DNA from: Sulfurospirillum sp.
GTDB lineage: Bacteria; Campylobacterota; Campylobacteria; Campylobacterales; Sulfurospirillaceae
Length of the DNA: 55,384 nucleotides
NCBI GenBank assembly: GCA_045047115.1
Contig: JASFYR010000020.1
Location: forward strand, 1 to 55,384
Reading direction: 5' to 3'
The notes under the pieces were generated by a model. It saw only the letters and a program-made list of their open reading frames with translations. It was not told where the DNA came from and did no database searches. The position numbers and the translations under genes were made by a program. Shown in pieces: positions 38,983 through 49,245 of this stretch; the first letter of the stretch is position 1; each line of letters starts with the position of its first letter.

Positions 38983-39675
38983 ATGGGAAAGTTTAAAGAT
39001 TTATTGGTGAAGCGACATACTGAATTCTCACCTTTTTACAGATGGCACCATTGGATAAGATTTTTTTCAATCATGTTTTTGATTGTTAGTGGATTTTATA
39101 TAGCTTATCCGTTTTTGTCACCTGAAGTAGATCCGAATCCTACTGGATTTTTATATGCGAAGGGTAGAACATTTCATGAAATTGCAGGTTTTATTATGAT
39201 CTCTATGTTTATAGGAAAAATGTACTATTTTTTCTTTGTAAAATCAGATAGAAATGAGATGAGATCTTTTAAGGATCTCTTTAGTGTTAAAAAATGGATG
39301 AAGCAAACGGGATATTATCTTTTAGTAAGCAAACATCCTGTTTTGAGTGGTGCATACAATGTTATACAACTGGCTGCATATCTTGCTTTATATATCATGC
39401 TTACACTCTTGATATTAACAGGGCTAATTTTGTATATACACAATTACCATGATAGTTTTTTATCGTTTTTAACCACTCCGCTTATCTCTCTTGAGGTGAT
39501 GTTCGGAGGATTGGCCAGTGTTAGAGAAATTCACCATATATTAACTTGGGGAATAATTATATTTATCATAGCGCATGTCTATATGGCAGTTTTTAATGCT
39601 GTATACGGAAAAGAAGGAACAATAGATGCGATAGTCAGTGGATACAAGTGGGAAATTCCGGAGTCTGAAAAATAA
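38983..39675 (+). CDS. hydC: Ni/Fe-hydrogenase cytochrome b subunit
   Basis: RWHHWIR, FHEIAG, IHHILTW and AHVYMA heme-ligand segments. Confidence 0.93.
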   Translation: MGKFKDLLVKRHTEFSPFYRWHHWIRFFSIMFLIVSGFYIAYPFLSPEVDPNPTGFLYAKGRTFHEIAGFIMISMFIGKMYYFFFVKSDRNEMRSFKDLFSVKKWMKQTGYYLLVSKHPVLSGAYNVIQLAAYLALYIMLTLLILTGLILYIHNYHDSFLSFLTTPLISLEVMFGGLASVREIHHILTWGIIIFIIAHVYMAVFNAVYGKEGTIDAIVSGYKWEIPESEK

Positions 39676-39677
39676 TT

Positions 39678-40217
39678 ATGAAAATTTTAGTACTGGGGAT
39701 TGGCAATGTGATGTTCTCTGATGAGGGTATCGGAGTTCATCTTTGCCACTTTTTGGAAGAAAAATATGAGTTTTATTCGCAAAAGCATACTATTGATTTT
39801 ATAGATGGTGGGACATTGGCTCAAAGGCTAATTCCTATCATCTCCAAGTATGATTATCTTATAGTTCTTGATTGTGTGGATGCGAATGACGGAGTAATTG
39901 GGGATGTATATTTTTTTGATTTCGAAAATATCCCCGAATCCATCTCTTTTCAGGGAAGTGCACATGAAGTTGAAATGCTTCAGACTCTAAATATGATGGA
40001 TATGATTGGCGATAGACCACCTACCAAGATTATAGGAATCATACCTGAGATTGTGAGCGAGACGACACTCTGCTTGACAAAAGCTGTTGTTGAAGGTAGT
40101 GAATTGATGCAAAAGATATTTCTTAAACATATAAAAGAGCTTGATGTTGAGTACAGGGTGAAAAAAGATATAGATATACAAAGCGTAGCAGACAAAGCCT
40201 GCGCAAAATATAGGTAA
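39678..40217 (+). CDS. hydD: Hydrogenase maturation protease
   Basis: LGIGNVMFSDEGIG, DGGT, SAHE. Confidence 0.93.
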   Translation: MKILVLGIGNVMFSDEGIGVHLCHFLEEKYEFYSQKHTIDFIDGGTLAQRLIPIISKYDYLIVLDCVDANDGVIGDVYFFDFENIPESISFQGSAHEVEMLQTLNMMDMIGDRPPTKIIGIIPEIVSETTLCLTKAVVEGSELMQKIFLKHIKELDVEYRVKKDIDIQSVADKACAKYR

Positions 40218-40221
40218 AAAA

Positions 40222-41913
40222 ATGATTTTAGCATATGAGTTTGAATATGTATCAAAAAATTTGGTATTAGAAAGTTTTTTAAGAGTTATCAGCGAAGAGT
40301 TTGGCGCAAAATACAAAATTTGCAAAGAAAAAAATATAACCATACTTTATATAGATGAAGAGGAGGAAAGACAGCATGAGTTTGCTGATTTTCTCTCTTC
40401 AAGTCTTCCCGTATCTGTTTTTTTAAAATCTTCTAATGCTAAAGTAACAGATAGCATTAAAGGCAAAGAGTTAGATTTTTCAGATACTGCCATCTCTTTG
40501 CCTTTCACCAGAAGAGCGATAGAATTAGCAAAAGATGAAAATTCATTTTTTTACAGATCTCCATTTGTTCCAAATGAAGTTGGTTTCTCGAAGATTTTTC
40601 AAAGGATTTCTTTAAGCTTAGAAAATGCCAACGGACTTATGGTTGTAAACAACTCTGAAGGATACAATGATATATATAAGAGTATAGCAAATTCAATTAA
40701 AAATGGAGAGAAAGTAAAGATAAAAACTCCAAATGGTAATTTTGTATTTTTTAGAGTGAAAAAGGGTGCTTTTAAAGATATAGAGAGTTTTGAGATTATT
40801 CCAACAGATCTGTCTTTGGTGCAAAAGATGGTAAATCTAAGAGAAAACGAGATACAAGCCCTGGCTTTTTTGGAAAAACCTCTCATAAGAGCAAAAGTAA
40901 ATATGGTTTTTGAGACATTTGATATATTGCCCTCATCAAGAGTTAAAATTTCGATGCCAAAGACACCTATGTTGCAATTTATCTGCGAAGAGTTGTATAA
41001 AAACGGTGTAGAGTTTATAGCTAAAAGCAGTGATGATGTGGAGTATTCACACTTTTTGAGTTGCGATATAGATATTCCAAAAATTGCAAGTATGGAGGTT
41101 TCAATCCTCGAAAACGGTGAGATTTTTATCTTAAATGCAGATGGATTCAGCACACAAGAGTCAAAAAAAGGGCTAGAGAATTTAAAAGTTCCATCAATCA
41201 GACAATTTGTCTCAATTTTAAAAGAGAGAGAGCTTTTTAATGACAAAGCGAGCTGTTTCTATTTCAGTAAAAAATATGATGATGCCATAATGTACCATGA
41301 TGAAGAAAAATATAGTGTTCTCTCATTGGTTGAATTCCCAACTTTTTCTACTGTTAGAGAGCTTTTTAACCATATAAAAAAAGAGGATGAGAGTGGAGAA
41401 AAACTCATAGAGAACTATAAAAAAACATATCCCCAGCTTTACAAATCTATACAGAGGGTAAAGATTCCTAAAAAACTCTCAAATAATCTTTTCAACACAT
41501 TAAGATTTGTCTCCATAATCGTTGGATTTTCAGATGATTTTAAAAAGGCAGCCGATACTTTGATAGAGAAAGCGGAGGATTTTGGCGGACAAAAGGGAGT
41601 AAGGATAGACTTTAGGCTAAAAGATGAAAAAAAGATAAACTCCAAGTTCAACCCCTATCGTCTCTTGCGAAGTGCGATGAGTTTCAAGCTTGCAGGAGCA
41701 GATGATATGACTATGAGTTTTGGCATACTGGAGAGCTTTTCTTACTTTATATCAGACATTGCAGATTCTCACAAAGAGACATTAGGAAGCAATAAAATAA
41801 CATTGGGCGGCTCACTATTTGGTTATCCCCTCATAGCGGAGTTGGTTGCAAAAAATCTTCTACCTAATCATAAGATATATTTTAACCAAGAATTACCAAT
41901 CGATAATCTATAA
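40222..41913 (+). CDS. hydE: HydE hydrogenase accessory protein (epsilonproteobacterial, HypF-C-like)
   Basis: Position after hydD; KGVRIDF, SAMSFKLAG and LGGSLF segments. Confidence 0.75.
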   Translation: MILAYEFEYVSKNLVLESFLRVISEEFGAKYKICKEKNITILYIDEEEERQHEFADFLSSSLPVSVFLKSSNAKVTDSIKGKELDFSDTAISLPFTRRAIELAKDENSFFYRSPFVPNEVGFSKIFQRISLSLENANGLMVVNNSEGYNDIYKSIANSIKNGEKVKIKTPNGNFVFFRVKKGAFKDIESFEIIPTDLSLVQKMVNLRENEIQALAFLEKPLIRAKVNMVFETFDILPSSRVKISMPKTPMLQFICEELYKNGVEFIAKSSDDVEYSHFLSCDIDIPKIASMEVSILENGEIFILNADGFSTQESKKGLENLKVPSIRQFVSILKERELFNDKASCFYFSKKYDDAIMYHDEEKYSVLSLVEFPTFSTVRELFNHIKKEDESGEKLIENYKKTYPQLYKSIQRVKIPKKLSNNLFNTLRFVSIIVGFSDDFKKAADTLIEKAEDFGGQKGVRIDFRLKDEKKINSKFNPYRLLRSAMSFKLAGADDMTMSFGILESFSYFISDIADSHKETLGSNKITLGGSLFGYPLIAELVAKNLLPNHKIYFNQELPIDNL

Positions 41914-41919
41914 ATTTTT

Positions 41920-41928
41920 TGATATAAT
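41920..41928 (+). promoter_or_regulatory. Extended -10 promoter for the dab operon
   Basis: TGATATAAT 32 bp upstream of the dabB start. Confidence 0.5.
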
Positions 41929-41960
41929 AAAACTCTAAAAATAAAAAAGATGGGGATTTT

Positions 41961-43640
41961 TTGGAAAAGTTTATAACTGTTTTTACACTTATCTCTTTTT
42001 TTACACCTCTCATCTCGGCTATTTTGGTTTTGGGAACTTTTAAAAAGATAGATTATAATGTCTATAAGATATCGGTGTTTTTCTCTTTTGTAGCAGTTTT
42101 GCTCTCTTTTACATCTTTGGTTCTCTTTTTTTGGGCAGAGATTTCTTCTGTTACTCTCTTTTCGCAAACTCTCTTTTCTCTTTATATTACACCACTTAGC
42201 ATAGTCGTCACTTTTTTTGTTTCACTTGTCTCCTTGGTTATACATCTATATTCGATAAAGTATATGTATGATGACGAGGGATATGTCAGATACTTTATAC
42301 TTTTGGATTTGATGATATTTGTCATATTTGGGCTCTTAAGTGTAGGCAATATCATCTTAATCGCATCTTTTTGGCACATGATGGGAGTTGTGTTGTATTT
42401 TCTACTTATACATAATTTTAGAAAAAAACAGACATACAGATATGGATTTTATACACTTTTTACACATCTTTTGGCTGATATTCCATTTTTGATAGCTCTT
42501 TATCTTATCTATAACTATTATAATACCACAGATTTAAAACTCTTTTTAGATACTGTTTCTACACATAAACAACTATATTTTGATGGTACAGATGTGAGCA
42601 TCGCTTCTGTTATAGCACTCTTTATCATGTTTGCTGCCATCATAAAATCAGCTCAATTTCCTTTTCATATTTGGCTTCCGTTTACACTGGAAGGTCCAAA
42701 TCCCATATCTGCTCTTATGCATGCGGGTATAGTAAATGCGGGTGCTTTCATAGCCAACAGATTTGCACCGCTTTTTATCCATGGCGAGATAGCTCTTCAT
42801 ATTGTTCTTATCACAGGCTTCATAACTGCGATACTGGGCTCCGCCTTGATGCTTATGCAAAATGATATAAAAAAAGCATTGGCCTACTCAACAGTCGGAC
42901 AGATGGGATATATGATGCTTGAAATAGGGGCAGGAGCTTTTGCTCTGGCTATATATCATATGATGGTACATGGTATCTTCAAGGCTTCTTTGTTTTTGGG
43001 CTCAGGCGGTGCTATACATGAAGCAAGAAATAAGTCAAATATTGATAAACAATCTGTATTTGACATATTTTTTTCAAAAACAAAATATAAAAAACCGGGC
43101 TTTTTTGAATACCTTGTGTTTGTGTTTGTAATTCCTGCTGCTGTAGCAATTTTTATCTTTTCACCACTTATCAAAGAGAATTCATTTGACAGTACTATAC
43201 TTTTTTATCTTTTTGCATGGGTTGGTGGGGCACAGGTTGTATATACTATGTATCATAGCCATAAAAGATTCAAAGCTCTGTTTTTCACAACTATAGGTTT
43301 TGCTCTGGCTCTCTTTGTTTATGTTGAGGCTGAACACTTTTTTGGAGGAATTTTGTATCCGAACAGAGAGCTTTTTAAAGCACTGTTTAGCTCAGCATCC
43401 TGGAGTAGTGCTCTGTTTTTTATGATTTATGGTGTTGTTTTTACTGTAGTTGTCCTGGTCTGGATTTTTGCATATCAAAAACTAGTCGATAAAAGTCCTT
43501 TTTTTTCACGATTTGGAGACCTGTATGATTTTATTTACAGAGTATTTGGCAGGGAGTTTTATATCCTTGATTTTTGCACATCCATATCAAAAAAGATGGT
43601 TGATTTTGCCGGATTTATAAACTTTAGGATGAAGTACTGA
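41961..43640 (+). CDS. dabB: DabB / NuoL-like membrane subunit of an inorganic-carbon pump
   Basis: KSAQFPFHIWLP, SALMHAGIVNAG, DIKKALAYSTVGQMG; lies upstream of a DUF2309 gene. Confidence 0.85.
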   Translation: MEKFITVFTLISFFTPLISAILVLGTFKKIDYNVYKISVFFSFVAVLLSFTSLVLFFWAEISSVTLFSQTLFSLYITPLSIVVTFFVSLVSLVIHLYSIKYMYDDEGYVRYFILLDLMIFVIFGLLSVGNIILIASFWHMMGVVLYFLLIHNFRKKQTYRYGFYTLFTHLLADIPFLIALYLIYNYYNTTDLKLFLDTVSTHKQLYFDGTDVSIASVIALFIMFAAIIKSAQFPFHIWLPFTLEGPNPISALMHAGIVNAGAFIANRFAPLFIHGEIALHIVLITGFITAILGSALMLMQNDIKKALAYSTVGQMGYMMLEIGAGAFALAIYHMMVHGIFKASLFLGSGGAIHEARNKSNIDKQSVFDIFFSKTKYKKPGFFEYLVFVFVIPAAVAIFIFSPLIKENSFDSTILFYLFAWVGGAQVVYTMYHSHKRFKALFFTTIGFALALFVYVEAEHFFGGILYPNRELFKALFSSASWSSALFFMIYGVVFTVVVLVWIFAYQKLVDKSPFFSRFGDLYDFIYRVFGREFYILDFCTSISKKMVDFAGFINFRMKY

Positions 43641-44380
43641 TGAATCTGCTATATACTACGGCTGTTTTGTTTTTATTGCCTCTGTTTCCACTGAGCTTGA
43701 TAACAAACAGAGTTTTGTCTGCTCTTAATCCAAGACTTTTTTCAACCACTCTGCTGGTACTGTTTATTGTCGGCAACATACTATTAAATTATGCGGATAT
43801 AGAGTCAAAAACCATCCTTTTTTTGGCGATTTTTACTATCTTGTTTTATAGTTTTAGACTACTTGGAGTAAAGAGTTTAAAAAATTTTATACTCTATCTC
43901 TATCCCATTGTCTCCTCTATTTCGCTTGTTTGGTATATGGTTGGTGGTGATGTTTTAGAGATTTTAGCTCTCAAAACTCCTGTTTTGGTACTGTTTTTGA
44001 CCCTTTTTACATTTTTGAGCGGACAATTTAGTGTTATTCATCAAAAAAGTATAAGTGGGCTAGGAGGAGTTATGCCAAGATTTTCCATACTTTTTATACT
44101 CTCTTTGCTTGGGCTCTCTTCATCTTTATTTTTTTGGGGCTATGAGCTTTTAGAGTTGGAATTTTCCAAGCTTCCTCTTTTTTATACCATTTTGCTTATC
44201 ATATCCTGGATTTTCATAAATTGGGGCAGTATAAAACTGTTTGAATGGCTTATATATGGAGAGTATAAACAAGATACTACATATGAAGACTTGAATGCCT
44301 GGCAGACTCTAGCTCTCTCTTTGATACTCTTTGGCAGTGCCGTGTTTTTTATCTTTTATGGCGCGAAAGGTCTGGTATGA
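43640..44380 (+). CDS. Polytopic membrane protein, partial antiporter-like; probable extra DAB subunit
   Basis: About 8 hydrophobic segments; SGLGGVMPRFS resembles NuoM/MrpD GGL...MP; overlaps both neighbours. Confidence 0.65.
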   Translation: MNLLYTTAVLFLLPLFPLSLITNRVLSALNPRLFSTTLLVLFIVGNILLNYADIESKTILFLAIFTILFYSFRLLGVKSLKNFILYLYPIVSSISLVWYMVGGDVLEILALKTPVLVLFLTLFTFLSGQFSVIHQKSISGLGGVMPRFSILFILSLLGLSSSLFFWGYELLELEFSKLPLFYTILLIISWIFINWGSIKLFEWLIYGEYKQDTTYEDLNAWQTLALSLILFGSAVFFIFYGAKGLV

Positions 44381-47300
44381 TTGTATCAAATGCAGAGATT
44401 TTATATATAAATTCGCTAATAGAAAATGCAGTTGATCTTTTTCATAACTTTTGGCCTATGACCTCTTTTATACACCACAATCCACTACATGGTTTTGAAG
44501 ATATACACTTTGAAAAAGCTATTTGCAAGGCAAGGACTTACTTTCACAATAGAAAATTTTTATCAAGGCAAGAGTATCAGAATTTTTATCAAGATGGAAA
44601 GATTAAGCCTGAAAAAATCAAATCAGAGATTGAGGATTATTGCAAAAAGAGAGGTTTGAGTCAGAGTTATGAGAAACTCTTCTTTCATATATTTGTCAAT
44701 GTTAAACACTCAGACACAAATCCAAAAATCCAGAATCCAAAAATAAAACTAATAAAAGAGAAACTAGGCAATACCTGTGCCTCTCGTCGTCACCAAAAAC
44801 TAGGTGTTAATTTTGGTTTTTGCGATGCCCTGGATTTACTCTATGGCAGTGAGCTTTGCGAGCATATAAACGAGAGACTAAATAAGATGGCTATGAGACA
44901 TCTTGATGAAGGTCAGGCAACTTGGCTTCCTGCAGATAAAGATAAGGGTATGTTTCTCTCATGGAGGAGACTGGTTACAAAAGATAGTCTCTTTTTCGAT
45001 AAATCTCTTCAACTCTGTAGAGTCTTAACTCAAAGTGACAAGCCCGAAGATGTGATATATTGGGTTTTAAATGAGTTGAAGATACCAAAAGATGAATGGG
45101 AAGATTTTTTTGTGTTACAATTTGGAAAATTGCATGGATGGACCGGTTTTCTACGCTGGAGAAGTACAAATAAAGACTATCTTCATCAGAGAAAATGCCC
45201 TGCGTACCTAGAGGATTTTTTAGCTATAAGACTCTACTTTCTCTACATGTATCTTCTAAAAACTGAAAAAAAGATAGGATATTTTCCTGATTTTGAGAGA
45301 CTAAAGCTTGAACTTTCCAAAAAAGAGAGTTTTTTAAGGATCGAGTACAACAGTAGGAAAATAGTGCCCAAATTTATAGACAGGTATGAGCAGGCACTGC
45401 AAAGCAACACTCTAGAGGATATATATGAAGAGTATATGATCTCTTACAATGAAAACTATAAACAAAAGAGTGCCCAAATTTTATATGCAGTTTTAAAAGA
45501 CTTTGGTGAAGATTTTAGTGATTATGTTGAGCTTTCAGACAATCTAAGAGAGTTTGAAGAGTACGAGGGTTTTATATGGCTTAAAGCGATGGAGGAGGGG
45601 TATATAGAAGATTTGATGAGAGAGATGTTGCCGAATATACAAAACCAAAGATTGTGCAATCCCAATGCCCAACTCTTCTTTTGTATAGATGTAAGAAGTG
45701 AAAGTATCCGAAGAGAGATAGAGAAGAGTGGAAATTTTGAGACTTATGGTATAGGCGGATTTTTTGGCATACCTCTGAAGCTTATAGATATGTCCAAAAA
45801 ATATGAATCCAATCTCTGTCCGGCTGTTATCAAACCTAAAAATATAGTCTATAAACTTGAAGAAGGAAAAGAGGCACAGAGTATAAAATTAAAAAAAGCA
45901 CTAAAGCATATATATCATGACCTGAAATACAACACAATGTCACCATATATAACGGTTGAAACCATAGGACTTCTGTTTGGTTTTGATTTTTATGGAAAGA
46001 CACTTTTGCCAAACTTTTATATGCCCCTAAGAGAAAAGCTTTTCAGCAAGGAGTATAGAGGCAAACTTTTGATCGACAAATACAACAAAAAAGAGATTTT
46101 GATCAAGATTGACTCTTTGCAAAAAGAGATTGCTAAAATCGCCATAAAAGAGAATTTTGCCTTAGATTGTAGCGGCTTAGATGGTGAATTGGAAGAATTT
46201 TTACAAATTGCCACCTCACACGAAGATACACTCAAGCTTCAAAAAGGCAGAATTGAGCCACTAACCAGCTTGGCACTTCGTCTCAATCTTATGCATTATG
46301 AAGAGATAAGACTTTTAAAATTGCTTCAAAATGAGTATCAAATCTCCTATTTTTATAAAACTAAACAAATAGAGCTGCTATCAAAAGTAGGATTTACCTT
46401 CCAAGAACAGCTCTTTTATGCCAAAAATGCACTAAAGCTTACAGGTTTGAGTGAAAATTTTGCTCCTGTTGTTATTTTTTGCGGACACGAAAGCAAATCT
46501 GAAAACAACCCTTATGAGTCTGCACTTGATTGCGGGGCATGTGGTGGAAAAAGCAGCGATACAAATGCGAGAGTTTTGAGCTATATCTTAAACAAACAAG
46601 AGATACAAGATGCACTAAAGCCTGACATCAGCATTCCTAAAGGTACGATTTTTGTAAGTGCTCTACACAATACAGTAACAGATAAGGTTCAAATCTATAC
46701 CGGTAATATTCCAAAAAACAGACTTCAAGAGATAGATGAGATTCAAGCAAAACTGTATATTGCCAGTGAAAATTCTGCACTACAAAGAGCTAAAAAACTA
46801 CCTTTTGCCAAAGAACTAAAGAGAAAAAAGGCTTTGGCATTTATGCGAAAAAATTCACAAGACTGGTCACAAACAAGACCGGAGTGGGGTTTGGCAACAA
46901 ACCACTCTTTTGTCATAGCACCTAGAGATATAAGCAGAGGTATAGAGTTTGAAAATAGAGTCTTTTTGCACTCTTATGACTACACTAAAGACAAAACCGG
47001 ATACTATCTGGAAATAATTCTCTCTGCACCACTTGTAATTGGTGAGTGGATAAATATGGAGCACTTTTTCTCATCTTTGGATAACCGCTCTTTTGGAAGC
47101 GAAAGCAAGGTTTACCATAATGTGGTAGGCAGATTCGGTGTAATAAGTGGCAATATTAGTGATTTAAGAACAGGTTTGGCAGCTCAAAGTGTCCATAAAA
47201 GAGGTAAAATATATCATGAACCCATAAGATTACTGACCTTTATAGATGCACCTTTTGGCAAATACAGAGTTAGCATAGACAAGATAAAAAAAGTTTCACA

Positions 47301-47418
47301 ACTGGTCTATAACGAATGGATAAAAATGGTATTTATAGACAGAGTTGAGGAAGCGTTTTTCTACTATCATGGAAATTCGCAAAGATGGAAAAAAATAGAG
47401 TTTAAGGATATAAAATGA
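44377..47418 (+). CDS. dabA: DabA (DUF2309) beta-carbonic-anhydrase-like subunit
   Basis: WPMTSFIHHNPLHGFE, FCIDVRSE, CGHES, DCGACGG, RPEWGL, FLHSYD, YHEPIRL. Confidence 0.92.
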   Translation: MIVSNAEILYINSLIENAVDLFHNFWPMTSFIHHNPLHGFEDIHFEKAICKARTYFHNRKFLSRQEYQNFYQDGKIKPEKIKSEIEDYCKKRGLSQSYEKLFFHIFVNVKHSDTNPKIQNPKIKLIKEKLGNTCASRRHQKLGVNFGFCDALDLLYGSELCEHINERLNKMAMRHLDEGQATWLPADKDKGMFLSWRRLVTKDSLFFDKSLQLCRVLTQSDKPEDVIYWVLNELKIPKDEWEDFFVLQFGKLHGWTGFLRWRSTNKDYLHQRKCPAYLEDFLAIRLYFLYMYLLKTEKKIGYFPDFERLKLELSKKESFLRIEYNSRKIVPKFIDRYEQALQSNTLEDIYEEYMISYNENYKQKSAQILYAVLKDFGEDFSDYVELSDNLREFEEYEGFIWLKAMEEGYIEDLMREMLPNIQNQRLCNPNAQLFFCIDVRSESIRREIEKSGNFETYGIGGFFGIPLKLIDMSKKYESNLCPAVIKPKNIVYKLEEGKEAQSIKLKKALKHIYHDLKYNTMSPYITVETIGLLFGFDFYGKTLLPNFYMPLREKLFSKEYRGKLLIDKYNKKEILIKIDSLQKEIAKIAIKENFALDCSGLDGELEEFLQIATSHEDTLKLQKGRIEPLTSLALRLNLMHYEEIRLLKLLQNEYQISYFYKTKQIELLSKVGFTFQEQLFYAKNALKLTGLSENFAPVVIFCGHESKSENNPYESALDCGACGGKSSDTNARVLSYILNKQEIQDALKPDISIPKGTIFVSALHNTVTDKVQIYTGNIPKNRLQEIDEIQAKLYIASENSALQRAKKLPFAKELKRKKALAFMRKNSQDWSQTRPEWGLATNHSFVIAPRDISRGIEFENRVFLHSYDYTKDKTGYYLEIILSAPLVIGEWINMEHFFSSLDNRSFGSESKVYHNVVGRFGVISGNISDLRTGLAAQSVHKRGKIYHEPIRLLTFIDAPFGKYRVSIDKIKKVSQLVYNEWIKMVFIDRVEEAFFYYHGNSQRWKKIEFKDIK

Positions 47419-47726
47419 TAATGCAAAAGATGAAAAAAGTGGAGATAATAACAGAGGGATCGAACCTTGAGATGTTAAAGAGGATACTGGGCAAGATCGA
47501 TATACCGGGTTACACTATATTTCACAACCTTGAGGGCATGGGCAAACATGGCTTTCACGAAGGGCATCTGCTCTTCAATGACGAAGATGCCCTGGTGATG
47601 CTTATGAGTGTTGTCGAGCCTGGGCAAGCTGAAGATATAGCTCTTGGACTGGAGCCTTTTTTGCAAAAACACTCCGGTGCTATATTTTTAAGTGATACTA
47701 TCAGAGCAAAGGCACAAAAAAATTGA
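47415..47726 (+). CDS. P-II-like (SbtB-like) signalling protein
   Basis: MKKVEIITEG...GYTI...GMG.HG...SGAIFLSD P-II-type pattern; ATGA overlap with dabA. Confidence 0.8.
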   Translation: MIMQKMKKVEIITEGSNLEMLKRILGKIDIPGYTIFHNLEGMGKHGFHEGHLLFNDEDALVMLMSVVEPGQAEDIALGLEPFLQKHSGAIFLSDTIRAKAQKN

Positions 47727-49234
47727 GTGAGATAGTTTTATGCACATTTAATGCAAGATATTTACATACTTCCATAGGCCTTAGATATATCTATGCAAAT
47801 TTAAAAGAGTTGCAAAATAGAGCAAAGATAATCGAATTTGTCATAAATAGCAGTGTAGAAGATGCGGTAGAGCAAGTACTCAAAGAGAGACCCAAAATAG
47901 TAGGGATTGGAGCATACATATGGAATGCCATAGAGGTCGGAAACTTTATAAATATACTTAAAAAAGTATCCCCAAAGACTATAATCATTACAGGTGGACC
48001 AGAGGCCAGTTACTTTCCTCATAGAGTCGATTTTAGTGGCTCGGACTACTTTATACAGGGCGAGGGAGATGTGGCTTTTTATGAGTTGTGTAACAATATA
48101 TTTAAAAAAAATCCTCCAAAAAACAGAGTCATTAGAGCTGAAATGGTTGATTTGAGTAAAATCGAACTACCGTATCAATTTTACAGCGATGAAGATGTAG
48201 CAAATAGGTATATATATGTTGAAGCCAGCAGAGGCTGTCCTTATTCGTGTGAATTTTGCCTCTCTTCTCTGGATAAAAAAGTGAGAAATATAGAGATAGA
48301 GAGGTTTTTAAAAGAACTTCAGATTTTGTGGGACAGGGGAGTGCGGAGTTTTAAATTTATAGACAGGACTTTTAACCAAGGCATAGAGAGAGCAAACAGA
48401 TTTATGGATTTTTTTCTTTCAAAAGAACCACCATATTTTATACATTTTGAAGTAGTACCCGATAACTTTCCAAGCTCACTCAAAGAGAGAATAAAACTAT
48501 TTCCATCTGCTTCTTTACAGCTTGAGGTGGGTATCCAGACGCTAGATTCTGCGATTTCACAAAATATATATAGAAAATTAAACATAGAAAAGATCCAAAA
48601 AAATTTAAACTTTTTGGAGAACGAAACCAAAGCACATCTGCATGTAGATCTCATAGTTGGTCTGCCGGGCGAGAGTTTAGAGGGATTTGGTAGAAATCTC
48701 GATAGACTCTATGCCATGACAAAATGTGAAATCCAAATCGGAATCTTAAAAAAACTCTCAGGCACCACCATAAACAGACATGATGAGATTTATGGTATGA
48801 AATATAGTGACAAACCACCTTATGACATCTTGCAAAATGATCTTATATCTTATGAAATGATGCAAAAAATGAAGCGGTTTGCAAGGTTTTGGGATTTGGT
48901 TTACAATAGTGGAAATTTTAAAAAGAGTGTTACATATCTCTTTAAAGAGGGCAGGGTTTATGATGGATTTCTTAGTTTCAGTGAGTGGATATATGTCCAA
49001 ACTCTCTCAACATGGAAGATTTCACTCGATAGACTTGCAAAGTTGCTCTATGATTATATCTTGTATATGCAGTACACAAGCAAAGAGGAGCTTAAAGAGG
49101 TGATGATAGAGGATTTGCTTGTTGTAAAAACAAGAAAACTCCCCAAGTTTTTAAGATTTGATGAGCAAAATATAAAATCAAATCTGAACAATCACCCTCG
49201 CTTCAACAAAAGACAGCTGAAACACTCTGTATAG
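47723..49234 (+). CDS. B12-binding-domain radical SAM protein
   Basis: GGPEAS, QGEGD, RGCPYSCEFC, DRTFN, DLIVGLPGE. Confidence 0.88.
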   Translation: MSEIVLCTFNARYLHTSIGLRYIYANLKELQNRAKIIEFVINSSVEDAVEQVLKERPKIVGIGAYIWNAIEVGNFINILKKVSPKTIIITGGPEASYFPHRVDFSGSDYFIQGEGDVAFYELCNNIFKKNPPKNRVIRAEMVDLSKIELPYQFYSDEDVANRYIYVEASRGCPYSCEFCLSSLDKKVRNIEIERFLKELQILWDRGVRSFKFIDRTFNQGIERANRFMDFFLSKEPPYFIHFEVVPDNFPSSLKERIKLFPSASLQLEVGIQTLDSAISQNIYRKLNIEKIQKNLNFLENETKAHLHVDLIVGLPGESLEGFGRNLDRLYAMTKCEIQIGILKKLSGTTINRHDEIYGMKYSDKPPYDILQNDLISYEMMQKMKRFARFWDLVYNSGNFKKSVTYLFKEGRVYDGFLSFSEWIYVQTLSTWKISLDRLAKLLYDYILYMQYTSKEELKEVMIEDLLVVKTRKLPKFLRFDEQNIKSNLNNHPRFNKRQLKHSV

Positions 49235-49245
49235 TTAGGTAGGTT

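Noticed and set aside
41961..43640. Complex I nuoL or a group 4 hydrogenase membrane subunit
   Set aside because: No other nuo/hyf genes are adjacent; the DUF2309 partner identifies it as DabB.
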